64,000 nt of DNA. It comes from Octopus sinensis. Lineage: Eukaryota. The notes under the pieces were generated by a model. The model was not told the DNA's origin. It was given only the letters and a program-made list of their open reading frames with translations, and did no database searches. Positions 52,001 through 64,000 of the stretch are shown one piece after another (position 1 is the stretch's first letter; each line of letters opens with the position of its first letter). The stretch is taken from contig NC_043005.1 of NCBI RefSeq assembly GCF_006345805.1, positions 85,932,001 through 85,996,000 of the forward strand, given 5' to 3'. The position numbers were made by a program, and so were the translations under genes.

Positions 52001-53717
52001 TATGTATGCGTCATTCTTTCCATACGATATCATAGATTGTTTTTGGAATGAATTATAAGCTAGTGTATCTCACTATTAACATCTGTTTTGTCCTCGAGGA
52101 AAAATAAACAAATCACAACTTTTCTTCTGTGTTATTGTTTCCATTTATGTACATTGGAAGTTTCTACATGAAGAAAACAAAATAATTGAAATATAATCTT
52201 AGAAAACTTTGAAAACATACAAATATTTTCAATGATATTACAAAGAATCTTTCAATATTCTTTTACTGAATATTTGGAAATATATTTTATCGTATCTTAT
52301 AAATATTTGGAAATATTTTATGAAGTTTGGGGATTTTGTTAAAAGGAATTTTTGTCATAATTTTTTGTTTCTTTTTCTATATTTTCTAAATTTTCTTAAG
52401 TGCTTACTTTTTCCAGGGTGAGAGAGATACGGAAGCTTAGCAATATGTATCGTCGTCGTGTATGTATACTTTGTACAGTTGAAAACAATTCTATTTAGCT
52501 CTTTAGATATTCATGACCACTGGGAATTTCACTGATAAAATATGCCCATATTCTGTATGAAGTCAGCTTTCATAAAAATCTATAAACAAGGAGCGGTAAA
52601 ATATCAATTTCACTGTTCTTCATAAAATATTTTAACAGCAAACGCACGATGTACAGCAGTAATAGCAAAATGACGGGACGAATAATTAGCTATATGAATG
52701 AATAACTACCATTTGTCTAGCGTCGCTAGCGCTACATCAATCTGCCCCCTGTATAATGGAGTAGCTGGTAAGTAATATCGAGGGTATAATTATGTAAGAT
52801 ATAATTTAACATCACATGTTACCGTTGCTGGAGAACAGAACATACGTGCAATAAGGTTTCCCCTTGCAACCGTCTCTCAAAGAAGCTTGGTTTATTGAAG
52901 TAACTCTGTGAATATTGACAAAAACATATTATTACCTTGACAAAAACATATCTCTCTATCTATATAACGCACCGTGGCAATGGATTTCTCTGAGTTGTTC
53001 ATTTCCTTGACTGAAAATTCCCGTAAATATTTCTTTGTTAGATTGCGTTGATGCCTAGAACCTCATAAATCAAACGATGCATGTAGCTCGGACTCATCCA
53101 TTGCTTTTGGCAAATTTAGAAAAGATCTTCCCATGGGTCGCTTACCTGCATTCTATGGTGTCCGAGATCCCAACATTCCCAGAGAACGGAGCGCCGGTCC
53201 TTTGCAGGATTCATAACCAACGATTTTCAAGGGAGGAAACAAATCGACTCAAATAATTGATCTGTACTTTATTTTATCGATGTCAAAGCCGCCTGGACTA
53301 TTGTTAAACTTAACTGGATTTGAACGTAAAACGAAATACCACTTAGCATTTTGTTCAACATGTTTATGATTCTGCTAGCCTGCCTTTTCCTTTATTTGGT
53401 ACCGGTGCACATTTCATGTGAATAAAAACCTGCCTAACAATATTTGTGCTGAGAAAAGGAAACAAAAACAACGCAAACAAGGAAACCTAATGAGTTTTTA
53501 ATCTCACAACGTCATTAAAATGCAATTTGTATCTGTCGATTTGGCTGAGTGTGTTTGTATATATAACGGATTATGTCAACATTTGCTTCAGCGACCCTAA
53601 CTCTATTCCACAGAAAGCCAGGCTTTGACGCTCTGTTGATCGTATTGCTCCACGGCAAGAGAAAAGTGAATCCCTAATAACGCTTGCTCGCGTTGATAAA
53701 TTAATTTCCATTCACAT

Positions 53718-53930
53718 AATCCCGGTTTCAAATTTTGAAACAAGGATAGAAATTTCAGGGGGATAAGGTTAAGTCGATTGCATCAACCGCCAGTGTTCAT
53801 TTAATATTTATTTTATAGATCCTGAAAGGTTAAAAGGCACAGTCGATGTAATTTGAACTCAGAATGTAACGGTAGACGAAATACGGCTACGCATTTCGCC
53901 CGTTGTGCTTAACGTTTCTGCCAGCTCACC
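53718..53930 (-). mobile_element. Group A SINE
   Basis: GAACTCAGAATGTAACGGTAGACGAAATACGGCTACGCATTTCGCCCG. Confidence 0.8.
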
Positions 53931-54039
53931 AATTTAGACTAGTCACAAGATACTTTTCATATAAAATTACTTGATGCATATGTAAATATATTTTGGCCTT
54001 GCTCTGATATTAAATCTTATTATTCGTATCATGCCAAGA

Positions 54040-54240
54040 GCGGCGTTCTGGCAGAATCGTTAAAACAACAAGTGCTATTCCTAGGTGCATTTGTTCAGGT
54101 TCTTTGGTTTTGCGTTCAAATCCCGCCACGATCTACTTTCGCATTCGATAAAAGAAAGTATTAGTCATGTCTAGGGTCGGCGTAATTAACTAGCAACTCC
54201 ACCAAAATTTCAGACATTGTACCTGCAGTAGAAAGGATTA
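54040..54240 (+). mobile_element. Group A SINE, decayed
   Basis: CTGGCAGAATCGTTA, GTTCAAATCCCGCC. Confidence 0.65.
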
Positions 54241-55330
54241 TTATAACATCGTTAATCTCTGAATTTCCATATTATCAATGTTTTATGTGAGATCACTGAA
54301 AGATCTACTAGATAATAACATCTCTGAATAACCACAATGATGCGGTGGGTTTGCTATGAAGGTGACTATTTTAACATAGTTTTCTACGTTTATTTTTTAA
54401 TGTTTTTTACTGTTATTCACTATTATACTTTTTCATGTGAGTGTTTTATTAGATCTTTTTAATATCAGCGTGATATTAGTGGTCCATAGTTGAGAATATA
54501 TCTACTATATAAACATTTACAGTTATTGCTGTCTTATTAATTTAATCCTCTCTTATACGTGTCAGAGATCACCTGTTTCTTTTCCAACCTTGAGTTAAGC
54601 TTTGGGACTTGCATTTTAAACATTTTGGAGCACCATATATTAACATATCCATTGACGTCAATCATATTTAGAGGAGGTACATTCCCCCATAAATTTTCAT
54701 AGATTTTCCTTTAGCGTTCAAGTCTTCGTGAAAATGTTAACTATCAATATACATCGTTATTTTGATTCCTGCTGTTTTGTCTGTTGGAAATAATTTCATA
54801 CTTGTCTGACAGTCATAAGCATGCATTTTTAAATGTCTTCTCAGCTGATTTAAATCATCTAACTCCAAAGTAATTTCTGGTGATGTCTCTCACTGAGGGG
54901 ACACAGCCATAGCAAAACACCGGTGTATAATAGTCTATTAACGTAACTGGAGCGAATGTGTTATTTATTATGTATAAGTTTTCGAAGGCGAAGCCCAACG
55001 GTGAAAAGCATGTTACACCTTGAAGTCTGCTGCAACATGCAGAGAATTTGATATAAGCATTTTGTTTCCGCTTCTAGATTTGACTTCCCAATATGTTAAT
55101 ATCGTGGTGACGTTTAGAATGCAGGTGTGTGATAAAATGGTGCAAAGGGAAAACCGTGGCATCGATTCATTGAAAGGGGTTACAGCGCATGTAATTTTAG
55201 GTTTGTAGGGACGTGTGGCAGACTGAAAAATCATCATTATTGGTTTTTATAACCTTTAAGCTTTAGATTCATAATCTGCAGAACCATGCCCACGTTAGTG
55301 AAATTTGGTTCTCCCTGATATTCGTGTTCT

Positions 55331-55645
55331 TTAGGTGTCGTGTCCACAACGTAGCACATATGCGATCATGTTCTGCCCTCTCACAACTATCTGTTTTTTT
55401 TATTTTTGCTTTCTGTAGCAGCTCCACTTCTTGATATTTAATGACTCTTCCTTCCAACCATTTCGTCAAGATTGTCCCCTATATCACTCTGCTCCCACCT
55501 CTGCTTCATTTCCCTCCACTTTTCCTAGTCATCACTAAATTCTTCAAGCTTTCTTTCCTTTTCACATAAGCAAGAAATCTTAGTTGCTTGACCCTTATCT
55601 CACGAATCAGTTGCCTATTTACCGCAGACCGGGTCATCACATTTG
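55331..55645 (-). mobile_element. RTE-clade LINE 3' fragment
   Basis: IRVKQLRFLAYVKRKESLKNLVMTRK..GK*SRG...ending GHDT* (RTE-type GHGT terminus). Confidence 0.75.
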
Positions 55646-55714
55646 ATTAGACATGAAAAATAGTATGGGGGCTATTCTATAGAATCTGTAGAAGTTAATG
55701 GTAAGGTTTAAGTA

Positions 55715-56165
55715 TTTTTTCATTCATTCCTCGTGAGTCCTAGTAGTTTGATAACCAGTGATGTTCTTTCTGTCTCCATACTCCTGGCTTCAGGAGCCAA
55801 GCATTGTACCTTCTTAGCGTATTTGGGATTTTTCTTGTCCTGGAGATCGTTATCCTGCTTGTTGTTATTGAGGATGGTAGTGTCCCAAAGGATTGTGGCA
55901 TTTTCCCGTGAATGTGCTTGATTGCTGATCCTGTATCTCTGTCACCTTCATTATGAGACTCCAACATATTTTCCAGTGTAGTTACACTAACGATTTTTTT
56001 AATACTTGTGTTCGATGGCTTCATAATATTTTCCGGAGATCTCATAATATTTTGCGGATCTCCTCCAGCCTTAATGATTCAATGGCGATAGGATCTAGTT
56101 GAATGACTGATACAATGCGCCAGTTATTCGTTCCCACCGTCTCTGATTTCTGTCCGATGTTCTTA
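55715..56165 (-). mobile_element. R4/Dong-clade LINE fragment (zinc knuckle and RLE region)
   Basis: KSETV, LHWKIC, ENATILWDTT motifs across frames. Confidence 0.65.
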
Positions 56166-56289
56166 TTTTAATTTATGTGTATTCACCAAACCACAGACTA
56201 ATGTTCTGTGAAATTGGGAGTAGTACAACGTTTAGTTCCCGCTTTGCATATCCTGATGCATTGGCAGAAACAACCAGGACAAATGTAAA

Positions 56290-56610
56290 TGGCACTGAGT
56301 CGGTTACAACGATGAGTGTTCCAGCTGATCGCATCAATGGAACAACCTGCACGTGAAATTAACGTGTAAGTGGCTGAGTACTCCACAGACACACGTACCC
56401 TTAACGTAGTTTTCACTGAGATTTAGTGTGACACAGAATGTGACAAGACTGGCATTTTGAGTTTTACCTACAACTCATTTTTACCAGTGAAGTGAACTGG
56501 AGAAGAAATCGAATAAAGTGTCTTGCTTAAGGACACAACGCACAGCTGGGTATCGCCCTCACGAGCTTACACTTGTTAGCCTAATACCCTAACCATTAAG
56601 CTACACACAT
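56290..56610 (-). mobile_element. SINE group C
   Basis: GGCACTGAGTCGGTTAC...GTGTCTTGCTTAAGGACACAACGC. Confidence 0.85.
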
Positions 56611-56647
56611 TCAACCAAGATAAATAGATAGGTAGATAGATATACAG

Positions 56648-57664
56648 ATAGAGATATGGAGATATGACTCAACTAAGTTAGGATGTCATCCAGTGGCTCA
56701 AGTAAAAGAAGGAAATGATACTAAAAAGCGTAAAAAATTCCGCAAAATATAACAAAAATATCAAATGTATTTGTTAGAATAACAATATCGCAAGGTATTT
56801 TCTGCAACATTCTAACAATTCTGCATGCTCGCCGCCCAATTGGATCTATCAAAGGTCCCTACATCGGTTGTCACTTCAAGGGTCTCGAAGGAAAACACAC
56901 AAACCCACGGACATATTGGTCCCCAATTTACAAAGTTAATCTCAGTTAATCCGTTTTTTAACTCTTTATATTGAACATGGAATACTCCATCAGTTGATTA
57001 AGTATAACCATTCTGATTTCTATCTACAACCAAACTGCGTTTGCATTGACATATGTGTAAACACATATATGTGTATATGATGGTTTATGTGCGTTTCTGT
57101 TCATATGCATATATACGAGCGTGTGCGATTGTTTCTAAAATTAAAGCTGTTCTTTTCATCGGAGTGTGTATGTATGTGAGAAAAACGCATACAAAATACG
57201 TTCATTACATTTGTGAATCGTAATATTTTTGAAAACATATTTCTATATCTACTTTTTTCGTTTGTACTGGAAAATATATTCGTATTATTTCCTATTTTGT
57301 ATATATCTTGTAATATTTTCTTCACACAAGAATGATAATATCTGAACAAGGAAAAACAAAGAACAAAATCATAAACCACAACGGGAAACAAAAACAAAAA
57401 CAACAACAGCAGCTAATAGTAATATCAAGAGAGAAAAATGAAAATAAGAATGTAATATTTGTAAATATATGTAAATAATTTTGTTTATTTGTAAAACGAA
57501 AATTAAAAAGAAAATGAAATGAATGTGTAATTCTCTAACGAATAACTTTGATATTTTTGTTATATTTAGCGGAATTTTTTCCGTTTTTTGGTTTCATTTC
57601 CTTCTTTCAGTTGAGTCACTGGATGACATCCTAACTTAGTTGAGTCATATCTCCATATCTCTAT
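56648..57664. repeat. 131-bp inverted repeat pair (56648-56778 vs 57534-57664)
   Basis: First about 45 bp identical between arms; high similarity throughout. Confidence 0.9.
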
Positions 57665-57669
57665 GTATC

Positions 57670-57704
57670 TCTTTGTCTGTCTGTATGTCTGTCTGTCTGT
57701 CTGC

Positions 57705-57748
<44 letters not shown>

Positions 57749-57947
57749 TTATGCATATATGTATGTATATAAATATATATATATATATATATGTGTGTGT
57801 GTATGTATATACATATATATATATATGTATATATACATATATAGATATGTATGTATATGCATATATATATATGAATATTTATGTATATATAAATTTACAT
57901 ACATATAAGTATGTGTATACGTAGCTATACTCATATTTGTATGTATG

Positions 57948-57978
<31 letters not shown>

Positions 57979-57988
57979 CTATCTCTCT

Positions 57989-58064
<76 letters not shown>

Positions 58065-58227
58065 AGAATTCACAAAAATCAAAAGACGAACACAGGTGGT
58101 GTAGACAGCAAACAGATGTATTTGAATAACGCTCGGCAAGTGAAAAAGTCTTTAACGTTTGAGCCTACACTCTTCCACAGAAATGAACACAGAAGGAAAC
58201 AAGGAGAGAATATAACGAATATGAGAG

Positions 58228-58266
<39 letters not shown>

Positions 58267-58283
58267 ATGTATGTATTTATACT

Positions 58284-58323
<40 letters not shown>

Positions 58324-58340
58324 CATATGCATATATATAT
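57670..58340. repeat. Mixed GTCT/TATC/TA microsatellites containing a Penelope-like end (58063-58220)
   Basis: Direct inspection; homology to 10447-10600. Confidence 0.85.
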
Positions 58341-58885
58341 TTATATATGTACATATGCAAGCATTTTCAAACACACATTCACACACGCGTTCATACGCAT
58401 ATACCTACATAGAGAAATATTCCCTCCTTCACTTTCTATTAGTCATCATCATTGGAGTTATTTCCCCTTAATTTTGTACCTACATTAATTCTTTAATTTA
58501 AAAGAAGGTAAGCATACATTTGTATAGCAGTTTTCAACTTCCATTCAAATGTAGTTAAAGTAACTATTATTATTATATATATTTTGGGGGGTAACACAAA
58601 CATCACCACACGAACTGTGATAAACCAAACGAGGTTGCTAAAACAAACAACTACAGCAAGAACAACAGTTACGTATCTCAGTCAGGAATTCTGTATTTAC
58701 TAGTAATGGTGTTTCGGAACATCTTCCGACACAGCTTCGTGTGGTAAAATAATGAATCTAGTTCATTTCGAATATGTAAATCCTGTGTCTATCTACGCAG
58801 TATACTGCATAAATACAAGATCAAACAAAATACAAGTGAGTAATTACTTACAGGCATACACAAGCACAAGAACGCACACGCATTT

Positions 58886-58943
<58 letters not shown>

Positions 58944-59194
58944 CTAGCAGCTAAGCCGGATTTCACCATGTCAGTTTGGATGATGTGGCTTGAAAACCTG
59001 CTCTGTGTAAGCATTCGACTTGTTTGGGCATGCTTACGTTAAAAAACAATTTTAGAATGATTTTTTCGGTCAAAACGCTAAAAATAATTGACCAACAACA
59101 GAAAAAATACCCACTAAGATTCAAACACACACTGGCTCACATATACAGTACATGTATTTGTATCAACAAACTTAAAACAGGTGATCGATAACAT

Positions 59195-59872
59195 GTTAGT
59201 TAGTTAGTTAGTTATTTAGTTAGTTAATTTGGCTTTAAAAGCAAATAGCAAGGCCATGTAGGGGGACATGGAGTTAAGTACAGGGTGGTGTTCATGTAAA
59301 GAGTTCAGGCCACTTGAGGTCAAAGGAGGCTTTGAACAAAGCGGTCGTCGGCATCTTCACCATCTCGTCTGGCAGCTTGTTCCACGGATCCGCAACCCGG
59401 ACGGAGAAAGCTCCTCTCCTTCGATTGAGATGAAATCGTCGCAGGTAGAGCTTTTCGGAATGACCCCGCAGCCGACGCTCTGGAGCAGGAGTGAAGAACA
59501 GCTCTTTCGAGAGGTTACACTTTCCGCTTATGATGTTGTGGGCGAGAATGAGATCACCACGGCGGCGGCGTTTTTCAAGAGAATAAAGGTCGAGCGTCCT
59601 CAGCCTTTCTTCATAGGACAAATTTTTGAGACATGAACCATGCGGGTAGCCAGCTTCTGGACTCTTTCGAGATGCTGTATGTCTTTGAGGAGATAAGGAG
59701 AAGAGGCTTGAATCCCGTACTCCAATATGGGTCTCACCAGCGTGACATAGTGTGGTAGGAATATGGCTGCTGTGAGCATTCCGAATGACCGTCGAATCAA
59801 GAACAGAATTCCGCGTGCTTTGTTGGCAGCATGGACGCACTGGGCCGAACGCGAAAAGGAGGAATCCATGAT
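59195..59872 (-). mobile_element. CR1-like LINE 3' end, relatively intact, (TAAC)n tail
   Basis: LVRPILEYGIQASSPYL...LERVQKLATRM / LSYEERLRTLDLYSLEKRRRRGDLI...RVADPWNKLP; one frameshift. Confidence 0.93.
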
Positions 59873-60767
59873 CGAGTGTAGTAGATGTTTTGGCTGGGCC
59901 ATTAGAGAGATATTCCGGTGTCTTCTTCCAACATTCCTTCGGTTTTCCAGATAATATTAACTAGATAATAAAAGCAGAGAACGTATTGAATCGGTAAATG
60001 TAGTGAAAGACATGAGCGATTGGATGACATACGGCCCAAAGTCATAAAGAAAAACGACAAAGAAACGGAAACGTTTCCTTGTAAAGAAGAGATGGGGATT
60101 CTATATCTGCTGAAAGTCTAACACAGCTTAGAACGACTACAGTTGGTGCCTTGTTATCATCAGAGAATGTGAAACACGTAGCAATGGATGTATCCGTTCC
60201 TACATCACAATTAAAGTGTACACTGGGTGGGGAGGTAAAATTTACATTTCAAATTATCAGGAAAATAAATATATGTACTGAAGCCAATTAACATTCAATT
60301 GTTCCTCTTGTCTGCGCATTCAGTTTTATTTTAATTCAACATTTAGACTTGCATTTGTTTCTACACACAGTAAAGACAATCAGCTATAAGCTAATCATCT
60401 TTACGTTGATGACCTTCAAACAAAACAACAAACTACAGATCTCTCCTAGAAACCTACCCACGAAAAGTCTAACTAATAGTTTAACCTCTTCGCTTTCTTT
60501 ACACAGTAATGCTACAACGTTTGTTTAAAATATTTACTTTACTTTTCAGATTTTCCACAAAAGCTGTGTTGTGCAATATTAATTAATACATTGCATGATT
60601 AATTAATTTTTCTCCTAAATGTCTTGTTAAATCTACACCGCTAAGTGATTAATCGCAAACATGTATATAGTTTGCTGCAATCATCAAAGACAGGATAGAG
60701 TTTGAATGGATTTAATACCAGCGTGCCGACGTTTGCATAATTTGGTCGTCATCTAATGCGTTCTTAC

Positions 60768-60990
60768 TTAACACACTTTTGTTACCATATTTCTGTCTAA
60801 ATACACTGCTTTGTTTCAATTAAGTTTTAAAATTATGAAGAATCTAGTGAAATAAATATGCCATCATTAAACTGATGTTTGGAACTTTAATTAACGTGAC
60901 ATTTTCGAGAAGGATTTTAATGTAGATCGGTTTAAAACGAGCATTTTGTATAATAAATCCAGGGTTGATATAAAGAAAACCCTCTTTTAA
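60768..60990. mobile_element. TTAA-type (piggyBac-like) MITE, decayed
   Basis: Starts at TTAA; interior homologous to 62024-62240. Confidence 0.5.
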
Positions 60991-61065
60991 TGATGCCGTC
61001 TGGGATTTACTGTGATTAAATTGTAATGTGACTGTATGATCACGGATGAGATATAATTGATTGTA

Positions 61066-61621
61066 AGAGGGTGAGTCAAAAGCAATGCCATTTTGTTTTG
61101 AACAGGTATAATTACCAACACACTCGAACATGTATCGTACATGAAAATGAAGCTGGTCCTCTGTGGATCACATCCCTACTTCTCAACATAGTCGCAGTTT
61201 CTCTTAATAGTAATGTTCTACTTTCGAATGAGAGCATGTATCTCTGCCCCGTAAAATTCTGTTGACTGTCCTTTGAGCCACTTCTTCACTACTTCCACAC
61301 TCACCAGATTTAGCGCCTTCGGACTATCATCTCTTCAGCCCCATGAAAGAGGGTTTGAGAGGCATACATTATTCCAGTGACGAGGAAGTGAAAACTGTAG
61401 TGAAGAAGTGACTCAAAGAACAGTCAACAGAATTTTACGGAGCAGGGATACATGTCTCTTTCAAAGGTGGAACATTGCTATTGAAAGAAATGGTGACTTT
61501 GTTGAGAAGTAGGGATGTAATCCACAGAGGACCAGCTTCATTTTGATGTATGATACATGTTCCTGTGTCGATAATTATGTCTGTCCTAAACAAAATGGCA
61601 TTACTTTTTGACTCACCCTCA
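61066..61621. mobile_element. Foldback mariner derivative built from two 3' ends
   Basis: TA flanks; arms 61066-61292 and 61397-61621; spacer encodes HSPDLAPSDYHLF. Confidence 0.9.
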
Positions 61622-61749
61622 TAGATCTGCTTTATCATTCTGTTGCCGTATTTCGAATGTAATACACTGACTTTGATTCAATTAATTTTGGAAAGAAAAA
61701 GAATTTAATAAAATACCAATCATTATGAAGCTGTTATTTCAAGGTATAG

Positions 61750-61960
61750 AGCCGACAGAATCGTTAGTACGCCAAAGAAAAAGCTTAGCGGCATTTTATC
61801 AGTCTTTGCATTCCGTGTTCCAATTCCGCCAAGGTCGATTTTCTTTTCATTCTCTCAGGGTCCTAAAAATTATATCTACCTATCATTAAGCTCGATGTAA
61901 TCAATTTATGTCTTCCTTAACAAAATTGTTCGCCATGTGCCAAAATTTGAAACTATTATC
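61750..61960 (+). mobile_element. Group A SINE, alternative tail, decayed
   Basis: GCTTAGCGGCATTT, AATTCCGCCAAGGTCGA, GCCATGTGCCAAAATTTGAAAC. Confidence 0.7.
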
Positions 61961-62023
61961 GAGATAGCGTTTGGAAAATGACTGAACAAGCAATTTTTGT
62001 TGAAGATTTTGATTGAGATCAGT

Positions 62024-62240
62024 TTAACTCTTTTGTTGAACCACTTTATTTTTTTTCAATTAATTTTTAAAAAAGAATGAAGATTTTATGGAAATAACTT
62101 TGTCAGTATCAAACGGGTGACTCGAAAATAAATTAGCATGAAATAATGATGAAAGCTCTTAATTTAATCACTTTAAACAAAAAAAAAAATATATCATAGA
62201 TCCAAGGACACTTTATCGAGGTAGATATCAAAAAGGTTAA
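62024..62240. mobile_element. TTAA-flanked piggyBac-like MITE
   Basis: TTAA-CTCTTTTG ... CAAAAAGG-TTAA. Confidence 0.6.
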
Positions 62241-63109
62241 ATTATTCGCCTCCACTGTAAATTGATATAACATAAATTAATATAGTTCAGAAAAGATGCC
62301 CACATGATCGTTTGCGCCCACACACATAATTATATCGAATAAAATAAGCACCTTTTCTTTTGAATTGAAATTTGAAATACCGTCACGAAATTTGGAATCT
62401 TGATAATGCTGGAATCCAAAAGCGATGCGATTAATAAAATATAGCTTTTATTATATTTTTTCAAAAATCCTTGTCAAAAACTGAAAGAAGTACTGGAACA
62501 ATTTCAATAAGCGACGAACAGATATATCGTGTGCTTTAGTCGTGGCTCAAAGCATATGTGATAATAAGTTCATTTTGTTGTATCAGGAGCAACTATGCTT
62601 TCAGAATTTCTATTTTGCTGACTACCAAAGGGTAGAAAAGTAAGTGATTAAGAACTCTTCTTTAACCGGAATGAAATCAATGTAAAAACTTATCCAATAA
62701 TTTGCAAGATATTTTAGATAATACAGCTTCCGTAGTTCTCGCTTAATTTTTCCAAAAGTATGACTGTAATTTTTACAAAGGTACAACAGTAATAATACTG
62801 AATTTCTTTCAGGAATAATCATTTTCTTCCTTTATTTCATTTTGTTTGAAAATGAATAAGAATTGCCACCAATGTTTTTTAAAATTATTCTCCCTGCAAA
62901 TTTAAGCGAGATTTCAAGAATTAAAGATTTAAGAATTTAGGCAAGGTATTCTATGCATTCCTGTTCTCTTAATTATCCATTTTCATGCCATTTATTTTCC
63001 TCGAATTATTTCTATCGACTCCTACGAGTGCTACTGGCAACATATAATCCAATGCAACCTGTTGCATGCTCGGGTAGTCGGCAACTTTGTTTGATGTATA
63101 CGTTGATTT

Positions 63110-63400
63110 AGACACCCTGCGGATTGAAAAACAAGACAAGTCAAAGGGTGGAAGAACTCTTAAGAGTCAACGGTCATCCAACAGTGTGTATGCCGATGAA
63201 TTAATCTCAATGACGAAAATTGTCCGAGCCAGGGTCACGGTGATATGAGGAGCAGCATGGTGAATGTGAATTTGGGTACTTTGATCTTCATTTCGCAAAA
63301 ACTACACGGTACAGTCTGGGCGGAAAAACTTCTTCAGCCAATGGTCTGTCCAATATCAACCAATCCAGTTAGCGTATTACTACCATTTGATAGCACTGAC
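63110..63400 (+). mobile_element. Possible LINE (RTE-like) 5' region
   Basis: GC-richer block resembling my recollection of an octopus RTE 5' region; no diagnostic protein motif seen. Confidence 0.25.
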
Positions 63401-64000
63401 TGTGCATCAACTCACTTTACTGACTTGGAAACACTATGGAGTTCTGGAATCACATAGTGTCACCTACCTGAGTTAGATGACGAGTAAAAATCTTACTTTT
63501 AAGAGTTAATAATCGAGGCACTAATCTACTGATCTAGTAGGTTGTCATAAATACGTTCATTTCTAAAGTTATTTGAATTAAATCGAAAAATATTTCTATC
63601 GTGGTGTTTTATGGTGTTTTGTTTCTCTATTCTTCCTCTACAACATTTGCCGGTCGGTTTTGAAATTTGAATAGATTTAACCTCCTTTCATACATACGGG
63701 GATATAATGCAACCTTCTTCAACACGACAATGCTCGCCCTCGCATTGCTAATTTGGCCAGAACTGTTCGGTTGTGAAGTGCTATTGCACGAACATATGCG
63801 CCTGATATAATGCCTTCAGATTATTACATAGTTCGATCGCTCTCCAATAGTGTACGAGACGTTTAGTTCAATAATGACGTAGAACTGTAAACACGGTTCG
63901 ATGAGTCTTTCAAGTTAAGACCGGTGGTTTGTAATGGCAGAGTATTGACAACTTGGGGAGAGATAAAAAGGAGTCGGGAACAATGACGAATAATAAATTA

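Noticed and set aside
53146-53199. 54-nt minus-strand exon candidate with CAG|GTAAGC donor
   Set aside because: Acceptor is poor and the strand is opposite to the better candidates; kept only as a remote possibility.
59182-59875. TGATCGA as TSD of the CR1-like element
   Set aside because: Only 7 bp, offset from the tail and overlapping element sequence.

Overview
Eukaryotic, AT-rich, repeat-saturated DNA. It is most likely octopus (inference from the tRNA-derived SINE families and the extreme microsatellite load) and is intronic or intergenic. I found no intact protein-coding gene, rRNA, bona fide tRNA or CRISPR array; nearly all long ORFs in the track are translations of microsatellites. 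The window holds dozens of copies of three SINE groups (working names A, B, C). It also holds decayed fragments of non-LTR retrotransposons (CR1-like, Tx1/L1-like, RTE, R4/Dong), a decayed mariner, a foldback mariner derivative, several MITEs, a possible piggyBac remnant, Penelope-like termini with hammerhead-ribozyme-like cores, a truncated U2 snRNA pseudogene and one good candidate 57-nt exon. The most interesting observations are: hammerhead motifs, one fused to a Pol III tRNA-like head; SINE insertions that duplicate the flank and head of a neighbouring SINE; fixed-junction SINE multimers; a SINE tail shared with a CR1-like LINE; several microsatellite-bounded inverted repeats; and a three-copy decayed coding-like relic. 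All alignments and translations were done by eye. Family assignments rely on recalled motifs, and boundaries of decayed copies are approximate.
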